The notes: generated by a model not told the origin, from the sequence alone. Positions 16,110 through 25,699 are shown, numbered from the stretch's first letter. The stretch is 51,201 bases of DNA from a virus (IMGVR_UViG_3300030098_003235:1-51201); one strand, 5' to 3'. Numbers and translations are program-made.

Positions 16110-17606
16110 CTATTGCATAACTCGTTCTGGAAACTGTTGAATTTCTCGTGTGTCCATTGTATTTTGAACTTTATCTAAACCGGGGCGCATCCTTGCTTGT
16201 TGACCACGAGTTGGTGGTTTTTCTTTTGGTAGTGGTGCGACTACCGCAGGTTTAGGTTTTTCTTTTGGTAGTGGTGCGACTACCGCAGCGTTATAAATTT
16301 TATTTGCAAAATCAATTCTTTTTTGTCTGCTGGCATTAGGGTTTTTAGGTCTTTCAAAAATTTCTAAAAATTTATTGGTTATTTGTTTTACATTACCAGT
16401 TTTAAAAATATTACGTAAAGATTCTCTGTTACCAAATCCTAAATCAGATGTTTCCCATTTTGGAAAATTAGCTGCTGTTTTATCACTAGTTATATTAATT
16501 GTATCTGTCATATATTCTAATTGAGAATCTATAGAGTCTGATTTTTTCATTTCTCGTAAATAATTTTCATAGGCTTTTTTTCTGCCGCCAGTAAATTGAA
16601 AAAGACCATATCCTTTGTTTTTTCCTTTTTTATCCTCTATACGTTTATAATCAAAAGTATCATTTTCTCCGTGAATATTTCCCATTATACCTGCAATAGC
16701 CTCTTCTCTATATCCTAAATTTTTTAATTTACGGCGTACATTGTTTTGATTTTTAATTATCTGGTCTTGAGAGGGTCTAATCTTTTTTTTTACCTGATTA
16801 CCTTTATTTAAAGCCTGTACCTGTTGTTGCATAGGCTCTACAGGAGCTTCTTCTTCAGCTATTCTCTCTTCTGTTTCTTTTTCACCACGTTTATTAATCT
16901 TTTCTAATAAGTCTAAACCTATCTCTTTAACAAGAATAGGTGGCAGATAATACTCACCATTGCTTACAGCTATATCTGTATCGCCTTCTACCTGTGCAGC
17001 AGGACTTTTTAATTGTTCTAAATTAATTTCTACGCCTTTTTTACGTAGAGACTCTATATTAGGTTTAAGAATACGTTCTTCAAAATCACGTACTCCAACA
17101 CGTTCTATAGCTGCAGCATTTACTACGTATGCCCCTTCTTCTGCATCCATTGGAACATCATCTGCAACACCTGTTTCAGAGGCTCCTTCTTGCATTATAG
17201 GGCCAGCAACTGCATCTACTGGTAAAACTTCAGCTAGAACATCTTCAATTGGAACATCTTCAGTTGGGGCAGGTGCAACAACTTGATCGCCTACTGCTAA
17301 CTGTTGCATCTGTTGTTCTATTGGTGACTGTATAGGTGTTTCTTCTTCTACAGGAGTTTCTTCTACAGGAGTTTCTTCTACAGGAGTTTCTTCTACAGGA
17401 GTTTCTTCTACAGGAGTTTCGTCAAGAGAGGCTTCTATAGATTCATCTACTAACTCTTCACTTATTATAATGTCAACACCAAGAACTTTTGCAAAACTAC
17501 GCAATTCCTCTGCGCCTATTTCTTGTATAACACTAATTACATTTTGTTGATCTATCTCAGAAAGATTTTGTAAGTTAGCATTAAATTGTTGTTCTGTTAT
17601 TTCCAT
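16110..17606 (-). CDS. Internal virion protein with phage tail lysozyme (Phage_lysozyme2-like) domain
   Basis: AIAGIMGNIHGE, GYGLFQFT, SIDSQLEY, FERP motifs at ~16290-16760; N-terminal TGVADDVP..EGAYVVNAAA motif. Confidence 0.8.
   Translation of the reverse strand: MEITEQQFNANLQNLSEIDQQNVISVIQEIGAEELRSFAKVLGVDIIISEELVDESIEASLDETPVEETPVEETPVEETPVEETPVEEETPIQSPIEQQMQQLAVGDQVVAPAPTEDVPIEDVLAEVLPVDAVAGPIMQEGASETGVADDVPMDAEEGAYVVNAAAIERVGVRDFEERILKPNIESLRKKGVEINLEQLKSPAAQVEGDTDIAVSNGEYYLPPILVKEIGLDLLEKINKRGEKETEERIAEEEAPVEPMQQQVQALNKGNQVKKKIRPSQDQIIKNQNNVRRKLKNLGYREEAIAGIMGNIHGENDTFDYKRIEDKKGKNKGYGLFQFTGGRKKAYENYLREMKKSDSIDSQLEYMTDTINITSDKTAANFPKWETSDLGFGNRESLRNIFKTGNVKQITNKFLEIFERPKNPNASRQKRIDFANKIYNAAVVAPLPKEKPKPAVVAPLPKEKPPTRGQQARMRPGLDKVQNTMDTREIQQFPERVMQ
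16216..16288. repeat. Two 34-bp identical copies, period 39 bp (AVVAPLPKEKP)
   Basis: ggtttttcttttggtagtggtgcgactaccgcag at 16216 and 16255. Confidence 0.95.
17343..17417. repeat. Five perfect 15-bp tandem units (ETPVE)
   Basis: ttcttctacaggagt x5. Confidence 0.95.
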
Positions 17607-17608
17607 TT

Positions 17609-19594
17609 TTATTCATCTCCTACATCGTCACCAATATCGTCGCCAATATCAACATCTTCTCCAGTTGGTTCATCCATACTAGTTTCATCTGAACTCATAT
17701 CTGTTCCAGCCACACCTGTTTGAGCCGATGTGTCTACAGAACCATCGGGATCACCGCGATCACCAACGTTATCTCCCTCTCCAGTATCTGGATCAAAACC
17801 TGTCGTATAACCGGGGCCAGTTTGATTAGGATCGTATGCTTCTGCTGGCCCTGTAGGTTCATCTACTTCAAAACTCGGATCTAAAAATCCACTACCTGTA
17901 GCAAAAAGATCAAAATCACCTGCAGTATCTACACTTCCTTGCATTGATACAGCCGTTTGTTTTTCAGGGGTATTAGCTAAAAAACCAAAAGATTGTGCAA
18001 CAGCCAAAGGGCTTAAACTAGCAATTTTTGCATCGCTGAGATAACCAGCAGCAATACCTGTTTCAATACTTAAATCTGTAGTATCAACCCCATATAAATT
18101 TTCAAACACAGCATTAATTTCAGCCATAGTACTTTGATTAATGTCTTTAACATTTTCACTAATTCTTTCTGCCATTAGTTTACTAGGAACTACTTTCATA
18201 GCATCTCTAATATCTCTTGCTATCCCAAGAGAAACTGCTGTTTCTGCAAGAGACTTTTTACTAGCGTCTAATAAATCTTCTTCGTATTCTAAATCAGGAT
18301 AATTTTGTACAACTGATGCTTTTGCAAAATCGTTTAATGTTAAATCTTCTATAGACCCTGTTAATTGAGACAAATCATATTGATTATTAAAATTTGCTAT
18401 TTCAGAGCCATATTGCTCAGTATAATCATTTGTAAAATTTACATCTATAAAAGATTTTCCTTCGGGAGTAGCATAACCAGTTACTCCTCCTGAGTATGAT
18501 ATACCATTAAGACTAAAAGCATCACTCATTTGCTGCGCCCTTACAGATATTTCATCTGTAAATCCAGTAGCTTGCATTAACCCTTGTGCCGCTGAAAATA
18601 CACCGCCAATAGGCGTTCCTCTTACCAACGACCCCACCAATGAACCTGTAGATAATCTCCCTGTTTCATCAAAAACATAGCTAACAGAGCCAGAAGGAAG
18701 ATCAAAAGATCTTGTATGAGGATTTTGAGTTCCATATTCTAACTGCCTTCCGTAAGCTTCAATAGCCCCTTTTGGATTTGTAACTACACTAACAACACCC
18801 TGTAGCCCTTCTTCTAAATTTTTTCCTGCATTTGATATAAAATTTTCTAATCCTGATGTTGCTGTTGCAAAACTTGAATATCTAGAGGCTAACTGGGCTA
18901 CATTTGTAACAGCATTTATAGCATTAACTGCATCAATCGGATTATTTATATTAAAAGTATCCATGTATGAATTATAAGAAGGTATTCCTAAAGAACTTAA
19001 AGCCATACTTGAAAGGTCTGCACCTCTTGAATACGCATTAATCATTCCGGGTAGTGATGATGTAAGACTTAAAGCAGCATTTTGAGAGTAAGAAGGCATA
19101 GAAGTAAATTCTTCATAGGCTGCGCTAGAAGCTACAGGAGTATCTTCTACTCCTGATTCTGCAGCACCAGTACCCCCAAAGTAATTTTCAAACTGGTTAA
19201 ACGGACTGTCTCCTCCATCATCAACCGTTGTAACCGAGGTGTTTTGTGAAACAGGTTGTGTATTAAAAAATGCTAGAGCCTGTGAATCTGTTTCATTAAT
19301 TCTTTCAGATATAGAGTTTTTAAAATTATTTATACTATTAGCATTACCATAATTTAATCCGTCTAAAAGATCTGAAAAATATTCTTCAGTAGAAAGAGTA
19401 GCAGTTGAACTTTGCACAGATGGGCTAGTAGTCTTTTTTTTCTTTTGTCCTAATGGTTCTATCTCTAGTGCGCTAGATACTCCCCCTCTTACATCTATGG
19501 TTGCATCAGGTATTTGCTCCATAGTTACAGGTTTAGCCCCTGTTGTTCTTGAAGAAGCTAGTGTATCTTGTATTTGTTGTAAGCTAGTTGCCAC
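17609..19594 (-). CDS. Putative internal virion protein
   Basis: 661 aa, S/A/G/T-rich with very acidic C-terminus; between portal and scaffold. Confidence 0.65.
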   Translation of the reverse strand: MATSLQQIQDTLASSRTTGAKPVTMEQIPDATIDVRGGVSSALEIEPLGQKKKKTTSPSVQSSTATLSTEEYFSDLLDGLNYGNANSINNFKNSISERINETDSQALAFFNTQPVSQNTSVTTVDDGGDSPFNQFENYFGGTGAAESGVEDTPVASSAAYEEFTSMPSYSQNAALSLTSSLPGMINAYSRGADLSSMALSSLGIPSYNSYMDTFNINNPIDAVNAINAVTNVAQLASRYSSFATATSGLENFISNAGKNLEEGLQGVVSVVTNPKGAIEAYGRQLEYGTQNPHTRSFDLPSGSVSYVFDETGRLSTGSLVGSLVRGTPIGGVFSAAQGLMQATGFTDEISVRAQQMSDAFSLNGISYSGGVTGYATPEGKSFIDVNFTNDYTEQYGSEIANFNNQYDLSQLTGSIEDLTLNDFAKASVVQNYPDLEYEEDLLDASKKSLAETAVSLGIARDIRDAMKVVPSKLMAERISENVKDINQSTMAEINAVFENLYGVDTTDLSIETGIAAGYLSDAKIASLSPLAVAQSFGFLANTPEKQTAVSMQGSVDTAGDFDLFATGSGFLDPSFEVDEPTGPAEAYDPNQTGPGYTTGFDPDTGEGDNVGDRGDPDGSVDTSAQTGVAGTDMSSDETSMDEPTGEDVDIGDDIGDDVGDE

Positions 19595-19823
19595 TCTTTA
19601 CATATACCTTTTGTTGTTCGTTAACTTCATTCTTGAGGGATAGGAGGTGGTTGATTACCTGCACCCTGCCCTGTAGCTTCCGCATCTCTAAGTCCGATTG
19701 TTCCTGCACCAGCTTGTCCTTGTCCCTGTCCCTCAGTTCCTTGAGGTAATCCTCCAGACTGTCCCACGCTGGGGGCTGGTTGACCAGTGGGAGAAGCTTC
19801 TGGCATGTTTCCTTGTCCAGCAT
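19584..19823 (-). CDS. Small helical protein overlapping the portal 3' end
   Basis: 79 aa; L.PLVN....W...YL...E.RKLQG....LLSLK pattern recalled for post-portal genes; fills the gap to the next start. Confidence 0.65.
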   Translation of the reverse strand: MLDKETCQKLLPLVNQPPAWDSLEDYLKELRDRDKDKLVQEQSDLEMRKLQGRVQVINHLLSLKNEVNEQQKVYVKSGN

Positions 19824-21711
19824 TTAATCCTCTCAATATCTCTGCAAATATTTGTGCATCGTTAATGTCGTTAACGAGTAAGTCAGGATCGATGTCCTGT
19901 GCAATTGCTAACTCTCTTACAAGATTTGGAATCTTGATAAATGGAGCAAGCATTGGGTTTGCCACTGTTTGTAGTAATGCAGTTAATCTTTGACTGCGAA
20001 CTTCTTTTTGCATTACTGCAGAAGTTCCTTGTGGCTTAATCTCCAGATCCCCCTTTATTTCAGGACGTTTATCATTAAATTGCATATTCCATAGAAACAT
20101 GGATTCGCCCATTGGTTTTAGTAAAAAATCGTCTATATTTTTTATAACTGTTTTAATACTTAAATTAGCACCACCCATTAACATGCTAAGTCCAGCAGCA
20201 GTACGTCCTGTACCAGATACGCCTGTTTGACCATGCATAATACTAGGTAGTCCTGTCTCCTCATCTGCAAGTTGCCGCGCAGCCTGATACATCTGAATAT
20301 TTTCAGGGGCTGTATTTGGAAACTTAACAGCGTTAATAGAAGTACCGGGATTACCCGATTGCCTTCTAAACACCTTACCGGGGTATATGTCGTAGTTCTG
20401 ACCGGGTACAAGAGAAGCCTCATCTACATCAAATACTACGTTTCCTGCAAGTGCTAAGTTATCAATAGCCATACGTATGTGACCATTCATAAGTAACTGA
20501 GCATCTTCCATATTTTCTGGAATACCTACACCAAATAACTGATATGGATTAATTTCATATGGAACAGAAAAATAAGGTATTCTATAAGGTACAAAAGGGT
20601 TCATTACAACACGTAATACTTGATTACCACATACCCATACGTTAACAGGTATTTCTGTTAAATCATCCATGTCCATAGGTATGCCCATGTCTTGAACAAG
20701 ATGAGAATCTAAATTACCCCAAAACTCCAGTATCTCGTACCTATCATTGTTTTGATGTGCCTCTAAATTTTCACTACGAATAGTATCTTCAAAGTATTTA
20801 TCATCATAGTTAGGCCCCATATCAAGACATGCAGCAACAGCTTCTGGATTAAAGAAAGGTTTGTCCATAAGATCACGAACTTGAGATCTGTTTAATCTGT
20901 GCCGTTGAATAATATAAGAACAGTCATCAATACTAGTTGCAGCAGGATCAGGATAAAAACTCCAACATGAAACAGACTCTATTTTAGGAACAACTTTCTG
21001 TTCTGGAGAATAATTATCTTCTTCATCCCAACGATGTAATGTTTTACTTTCGTTAAGTGGCCCTTTAACAATACCTGTTCCTAATAAAGCACATTCAAAT
21101 ATTGAATGTCGCAATACATTGGAAGCATTGTTTTCGTGCAACTGATCGTGTATAGTTTTTTCCATAAGCCTAGCAGTTTCCCTAGAAGGACTTATCTGTG
21201 GCTCACCAAGTCTAGAAGGGCCTTCTTCTAAGTTTGCACCCTCATACTTCTGTTGTAATCCCCCAAGAGGAGAAGCTTCTGTAGCTCCGGGTTCAAATTC
21301 ACGCCCATCCCCCGGAAAACCGTATGGATCTTGCATAGGTTCTTCTTGAGGAATATCTGGTGTTGTTTTAAGATGTGCAAACTCTGCAACACCTTCTGGT
21401 ACAGGAGTACCCTCAACAACTATGGGAAATCTTTTATTTGCAAACAAAACATCGATTATTTGACCATAAGCTGCTAAAACTTTAGTTTTTGTTATTTTTA
21501 AAAATACTCTGCTTTTTTCAGACTCTCTAAATTGAGTAGTTGAATCGTAGATGCCTCTAAAGTTTTTATATGCTTTTAGCCACCGTTGTTCATGTTGATA
21601 ACGACCAGTTTCTGCATCTTCAAATTTAGATCTTACAGTTCCTGCTATATTTGTGGATGCTTCATCAACAATAGCTACTGCTGGAGTGTCACCTAATGGT
21701 GTATCGGTCAT
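19627..21711 (-). CDS. Portal protein
   Basis: 694 aa after TerL; SRVFLKITKTKVLAAYGQIIDVLF, PYEINPYQLFGVGIPENMEDAQ, RTAAGLSMLMG motifs. Confidence 0.9.
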   Translation of the reverse strand: MTDTPLGDTPAVAIVDEASTNIAGTVRSKFEDAETGRYQHEQRWLKAYKNFRGIYDSTTQFRESEKSRVFLKITKTKVLAAYGQIIDVLFANKRFPIVVEGTPVPEGVAEFAHLKTTPDIPQEEPMQDPYGFPGDGREFEPGATEASPLGGLQQKYEGANLEEGPSRLGEPQISPSRETARLMEKTIHDQLHENNASNVLRHSIFECALLGTGIVKGPLNESKTLHRWDEEDNYSPEQKVVPKIESVSCWSFYPDPAATSIDDCSYIIQRHRLNRSQVRDLMDKPFFNPEAVAACLDMGPNYDDKYFEDTIRSENLEAHQNNDRYEILEFWGNLDSHLVQDMGIPMDMDDLTEIPVNVWVCGNQVLRVVMNPFVPYRIPYFSVPYEINPYQLFGVGIPENMEDAQLLMNGHIRMAIDNLALAGNVVFDVDEASLVPGQNYDIYPGKVFRRQSGNPGTSINAVKFPNTAPENIQMYQAARQLADEETGLPSIMHGQTGVSGTGRTAAGLSMLMGGANLSIKTVIKNIDDFLLKPMGESMFLWNMQFNDKRPEIKGDLEIKPQGTSAVMQKEVRSQRLTALLQTVANPMLAPFIKIPNLVRELAIAQDIDPDLLVNDINDAQIFAEILRGLNAGQGNMPEASPTGQPAPSVGQSGGLPQGTEGQGQGQAGAGTIGLRDAEATGQGAGNQPPPIPQE

Positions 21712-21730
21712 AAAATCTTCCTAAAAAAAT

Positions 21731-21949
21731 TTAGTAGTCTTTTTGGTCTGCCATTGCAAATACGGCTGGATCAACTTTATTATCAGGATTTGCTTTGCGG
21801 CCCATGTCTACTTGAAGTTCATCTCTGTCCATAGGGCCAGCAATAACTGCATCGTGTTTTTCACGATGTAAAACACCATCAGGAACAGGGCTAAGTTCGC
21901 CTTGTTTATTCATAAGTTTGTCAAAATATTCTTTTCCGTATGTGTACAT
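21731..21949 (-). CDS. Hypothetical protein
   Basis: 72 aa with AGGAGG RBS. Confidence 0.7.
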   Translation of the reverse strand: MYTYGKEYFDKLMNKQGELSPVPDGVLHREKHDAVIAGPMDRDELQVDMGRKANPDNKVDPAVFAMADQKDY

Positions 21950-21969
21950 ATGTACCTCCTTTTTTAATT

Positions 21970-22119
21970 TTATTCTATGTTCATAAATGTAGGGTTACTA
22001 TTCTTAGGTAGTTTTTCTTTAGGCTTTTGTCTTCTTTTTACATATCGATCTTTTTCTTTAACAGGCCCTACATACTTAAAGAAAAACGCCTTTTGATCGA
22101 TATTAATAGCCGAACACAC
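21970..22119 (-). CDS. Possible small basic protein (~49 aa, start uncertain)
   Basis: Open frame ...AINIDQKAFFFKYVGPVKEKDRYVKRRQKPKEKLPKNSNPTFMNIE fills the gap after terL; only a GTG inside the terL end is available as start. Confidence 0.35.
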   Translation of the reverse strand: MCSAINIDQKAFFFKYVGPVKEKDRYVKRRQKPKEKLPKNSNPTFMNIE

Positions 22120-23815
22120 TATCAAAAGCTTTAGGTTTATTTTCTTTCATCTTATTCATCATACTATTTATAGTTAGATGCCCTCTCGCTCTTGTCATGC
22201 ACATATACCTCAGTGCATCATAGGCATGGTCATCTGATTTTGTATCTACATCTTCAGGATTAGTTTTAGATAATGGTATACTAGATAGTGTTCTTATAAG
22301 GTTAGTGCAAGTAGAAAGTATTTTTACTCTTGGTTCCTCTGTTAATTCATCTACTTGTAACCGTCTGTGAAGCTCCATCTTTCCTGCTATTCTATTACGA
22401 TCTGAAGGTGTCCATCTTACACCACCTCTAATCATTGTTTCAGCTATAGAAGGCCCTGTGCCTGTGCGGTTCCAGCAAGAAGCGTCAAGAACAGTATAGT
22501 ACATAGTAGGATCATCTCCTTCTAGTGCAACAATGGTATTTGCAAGATTTTGTGCAGTTTGTCCTTTTGCGTAGTATTCTCTGTATATCCAAAGAACGTC
22601 ATCCCAATCTACTGCACCCCATAAAACACAAGAAGGAGCAGAATATCCATAATCTGCGGCTCGTACACGTAACCAGTTAGTTGGTATCTGTATTTGCGAG
22701 GCATCTACAACATGTATGTTACGCGAAAATTCGGGAAATGCCGCCCCCTCTGCAACATCCCAATCCCCATCAAGAAGTCTTCTTCTTTCCACCTCTGGGA
22801 GCGACCTCAACATGGCCTCATATTCACCACTTTGAGCGAGGTAGGGGTTGTCTGTAAGCCGTGCTGGAATAAACTTGCGAAGAAACAGCGGCTCACCTGC
22901 TTTTCCGTTAGTTGCTGTACTAGGCCAGAGCAAAGGTTTACCTGACTCTATATCTGTCGCTGCAAACGGAGTGCTTTCGGGAGCAGGGTCTATATACATT
23001 TTCTTAACCCACCAACCCCCAACTCCTCCGGGGTTTCCTGTGCAGCGCATATATGCTTGTATATCTGGATCAGTTGTTCTTAACCTTGATCTTAAATACT
23101 CCCATACATAAGGTGTAGGGTAATGCGTTATCTCGTCTATTCCAATCCACGTAAAAGATTGACCTTGATATCTTGTTACGTCTTTATCTTTATCTAGATA
23201 CGAAAACCATGCAGTTGCTCCTGATGGAAACTGCCACATGGATTTTGCTTCTTTAAATACAGCACCGGGAAAAGCTTTTGGGTACAAATCCCGACTTTTG
23301 TTAATAAGTTCTGTAAGTTCGTCAAGAGTTCTGCGAATAAGCAGCGCACGGTGACTAGAATTACCGCAGTAACGAAGAAGATCAGCAAGAAGGGCAAAAG
23401 ACTTACCACCACCAGCGGCTCCACCGTAAAATACATCTCTTTCAGGCGAAGCAAGAAAGTCTGTCTGGGGGCCGTTATTGGGCTTAAAAATAACTTCTGC
23501 TTCATCTTCTACCAGTTCTTTTACAGAGGTTGGTACTTGTTCGAGTACATTTTCTTCTATAACTTTTGAACCATTCTTATTATATATAGCATTTTCAACA
23601 GTTTTTAAACTTTGTTGTGCTTTTTTTACAGAAGTTCTTGCAGCATTTAATTTTTTAGAATGGTTATTCGCACGTTTTTTAGCGGCCCTGACTTTTCTTT
23701 GAGAGTCCCTCCGGGCCTTAACTCTTCTTGAAACATTGTAATTACCCTTTTCACCTTCCTCAAGTTTAGGACGGCCTCTTTTTCTTTTTACTGGTTCTTC
23801 TATAGGGTCTGTCAT
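22103..23815 (-). CDS. terL: Terminase large subunit
   Basis: Walker A YGGAAGGGKS, Walker B IGIDE, motif III TGNPGG, nuclease DYGY...DHAYDALRY. Confidence 0.95.
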   Translation of the reverse strand: MTDPIEEPVKRKRGRPKLEEGEKGNYNVSRRVKARRDSQRKVRAAKKRANNHSKKLNAARTSVKKAQQSLKTVENAIYNKNGSKVIEENVLEQVPTSVKELVEDEAEVIFKPNNGPQTDFLASPERDVFYGGAAGGGKSFALLADLLRYCGNSSHRALLIRRTLDELTELINKSRDLYPKAFPGAVFKEAKSMWQFPSGATAWFSYLDKDKDVTRYQGQSFTWIGIDEITHYPTPYVWEYLRSRLRTTDPDIQAYMRCTGNPGGVGGWWVKKMYIDPAPESTPFAATDIESGKPLLWPSTATNGKAGEPLFLRKFIPARLTDNPYLAQSGEYEAMLRSLPEVERRRLLDGDWDVAEGAAFPEFSRNIHVVDASQIQIPTNWLRVRAADYGYSAPSCVLWGAVDWDDVLWIYREYYAKGQTAQNLANTIVALEGDDPTMYYTVLDASCWNRTGTGPSIAETMIRGGVRWTPSDRNRIAGKMELHRRLQVDELTEEPRVKILSTCTNLIRTLSSIPLSKTNPEDVDTKSDDHAYDALRYMCMTRARGHLTINSMMNKMKENKPKAFDSVFGY

Positions 23816-23922
23816 TTCTTTTGAAGGTTCTCGTAAGCTTTCTTAATTTCTTCTATTGTTCTCTTACACCCTGTACAGGTATTAGTTTTTAAATCTAAGT
23901 GGCACTTATTTTTACAGGGCAT
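23812..23922 (-). CDS. 36-aa four-Cys protein, DUF1289-like
   Basis: MPCKNKCHLDLKTNTCTGCKRTIEEIKKAYENLQKK; PCxxxC...CxGCxRTxxEI signature; ATGA overlap with the terL start; not in the ORF track. Confidence 0.75.
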   Translation of the reverse strand: MPCKNKCHLDLKTNTCTGCKRTIEEIKKAYENLQKK

Positions 23923-23931
23923 ATATAATTA

Positions 23932-24636
23932 CTATTTAAGTTTAGGTTTTCTAGAAGAGTTAGAATATTTTTTAATTTGACCACCTTTTGCAAATTTAAG
24001 TGTAAGCCCAATATTTCCTTTTTTTTCAAATTTATTTGCTGATACTCCTGCAGTAAACTCTCCTGCCCCATCAAATATATCTTTTTTATAACCTATACCG
24101 CCTGTTAGTGTTTCTCTAGGAGCATCGGGATTAACTGCCGCTGAATATGAAAAACCATCTTTAGAGCCTCTAAATCCAAATTCTTTATATTTATCTTGGG
24201 GTCTAAATCTACCATACAAACTGCCTACATCTCCTGCTGGTACATTTACAGAAAACTCAGAAGGCATAAAATTTCTGTTTCCCTCTACGATAGAACGCAC
24301 ATTCGGAGAATATACGTCTAGGTTAACTCCAGTTAAACTCTTTAGTGAATTTGATCCTTTTGAAAACAGTTTGTCAAATTCTTTTTGAGTAAGATTTACT
24401 CCATCTTTTTTAAGTTGTTTTTTTGCTGCTCTTGAACCTTCTGCTGCAGTAATTGCGGCAATACCAGCAGCGTATGTCCCTGCTAAAATTGCTTCTTTTT
24501 TTGTAACATCCATTTTTGCTGGATCTACTCCAATAGATGTAAGAATCTCGTCCCCTTTTTTATAATAATTTAAAAGATTACTTCCTAAATTTTTAAGATG
24601 TTGTTTAGCTTCTTTTTTTGCTTGCCTACTTGCCAT
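23932..24636 (-). CDS. Hypothetical protein with beta-strand-rich C-half and basic AKGG tail
   Basis: 234 aa in the late operon. Confidence 0.7.
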   Translation of the reverse strand: MASRQAKKEAKQHLKNLGSNLLNYYKKGDEILTSIGVDPAKMDVTKKEAILAGTYAAGIAAITAAEGSRAAKKQLKKDGVNLTQKEFDKLFSKGSNSLKSLTGVNLDVYSPNVRSIVEGNRNFMPSEFSVNVPAGDVGSLYGRFRPQDKYKEFGFRGSKDGFSYSAAVNPDAPRETLTGGIGYKKDIFDGAGEFTAGVSANKFEKKGNIGLTLKFAKGGQIKKYSNSSRKPKLK

Positions 24637-24639
24637 TAT

Positions 24640-25071
24640 TTAAACTACCTCTCCGTTATCAATAATAACAGGTTTTTTTTGTGATGCTTTTGAAGGAAGA
24701 AGAACAACTCCATGCAATGCAGTTACGTTATGTTCTACAGTATCTCTACGCCCTACACCTACACGATTAAGTACAGATTCTGCAGCTTTAAGTCGAACAT
24801 CAGAACGTGGAAGAGAACCATCATCATCCATTGCATTTACAAGATTGGTAGCTGCACGTACAGAATTAACAGCAAGGACTGATTGCGCCCTTTCAATTAT
24901 TTCTTCTGAAAGAGTTCTCATTAGGTGGGTACGAGAACTCTCTGAATAACCTGCTTCCTGTAAAGCTGAAGATATATTGCCACCATTTGTAACAAGAGCA
25001 TCTACAAATACTTTTTGCTTCTCATTAAGTTCCTTCTTCTTTTTAGGATTTGCAAGCAGGTTGTTTACCAT
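24640..25071 (-). CDS. terS: Terminase small subunit (putative)
   Basis: LNEKQKVFVDAL..NGGN...A..EAGYS HTH, LKAAESVLNRVG; likely start ATG 25071. Confidence 0.7.
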   Translation of the reverse strand: MVNNLLANPKKKKELNEKQKVFVDALVTNGGNISSALQEAGYSESSRTHLMRTLSEEIIERAQSVLAVNSVRAATNLVNAMDDDGSLPRSDVRLKAAESVLNRVGVGRRDTVEHNVTALHGVVLLPSKASQKKPVIIDNGEVV

Positions 25072-25072
25072 A

Positions 25073-25243
25073 CTATATGATGCCTTTTTCCTTGAGAAAG
25101 AAACCCAAGGCACCTCCAACTACACCAACCAAGACTATGGTTGAAGAGTTGAGAAGAACACCTACACCCACTACTGCTGCACCTGCAGCGGCATAAGATG
25201 AAGGCTCAGTCATTCGATCTTTAATCCAAGTAAATACTTGCAT
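25073..25243 (-). CDS. 56-aa two-TM membrane protein (holin-like)
   Basis: MQVFTWIKDRMTEPSSYAAAGAAVVGVGVLLNSSTIVLVGVVGGALGFFLKEKGII; AAGGAG RBS; not in the ORF track. Confidence 0.75.
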   Translation of the reverse strand: MQVFTWIKDRMTEPSSYAAAGAAVVGVGVLLNSSTIVLVGVVGGALGFFLKEKGII

Positions 25244-25269
25244 GAAATATACTCCTTTCTAAGTTTATT

Positions 25270-25608
25270 CTATACCTGTTGAGGTACAAACTCTTCCCTA
25301 ACGTGGAGAGTTACAGTTACAGAGGTTCCTGCACTTGCTAAACCTCGTATCTTATCCCCACTTACTAAAAACAAGGGGCTGTCTACAATATGAATATAGT
25401 TATTTGCAGCTACAGAAAATTCTTCAAACATCGTAAAATAAGTGGTACTTGCTAGGTCATACCAATCCATAGAAACTGTTCTTGCACTTCCATTTTCATT
25501 TGCTATAAAGATACTAAGTATCTCGCTATGGTAGTTGGTAGGGACTGTGTACAGATCAGCGTTACTTGTTGTAAGCACTTTTCCCAATGTGCGTTGTTTG
25601 AAGGCCAT
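25270..25608 (-). CDS. Small beta-rich putative virion protein
   Basis: Likely start MAFKQRT at 25608; LYTVP...IFIAN...LFLVSGDKI pattern. Confidence 0.7.
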   Translation of the reverse strand: MAFKQRTLGKVLTTSNADLYTVPTNYHSEILSIFIANENGSARTVSMDWYDLASTTYFTMFEEFSVAANNYIHIVDSPLFLVSGDKIRGLASAGTSVTVTLHVREEFVPQQV

Positions 25609-25609
25609 T

Positions 25610-25696
25610 TTATTTATTTTTACCGAGCAATACTCTGCATAGTATGTATAAAAAAATACATATACCAAAAAGTATAAAACCAGTGTAATCTTCCAT
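25610..25696 (-). CDS. 28-aa single-TM peptide
   Basis: MEDYTGFILFGICIFLYILCRVLLGKNK fills the gap between two genes. Confidence 0.5.
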   Translation of the reverse strand: MEDYTGFILFGICIFLYILCRVLLGKNK

Positions 25697-25699
25697 AGC

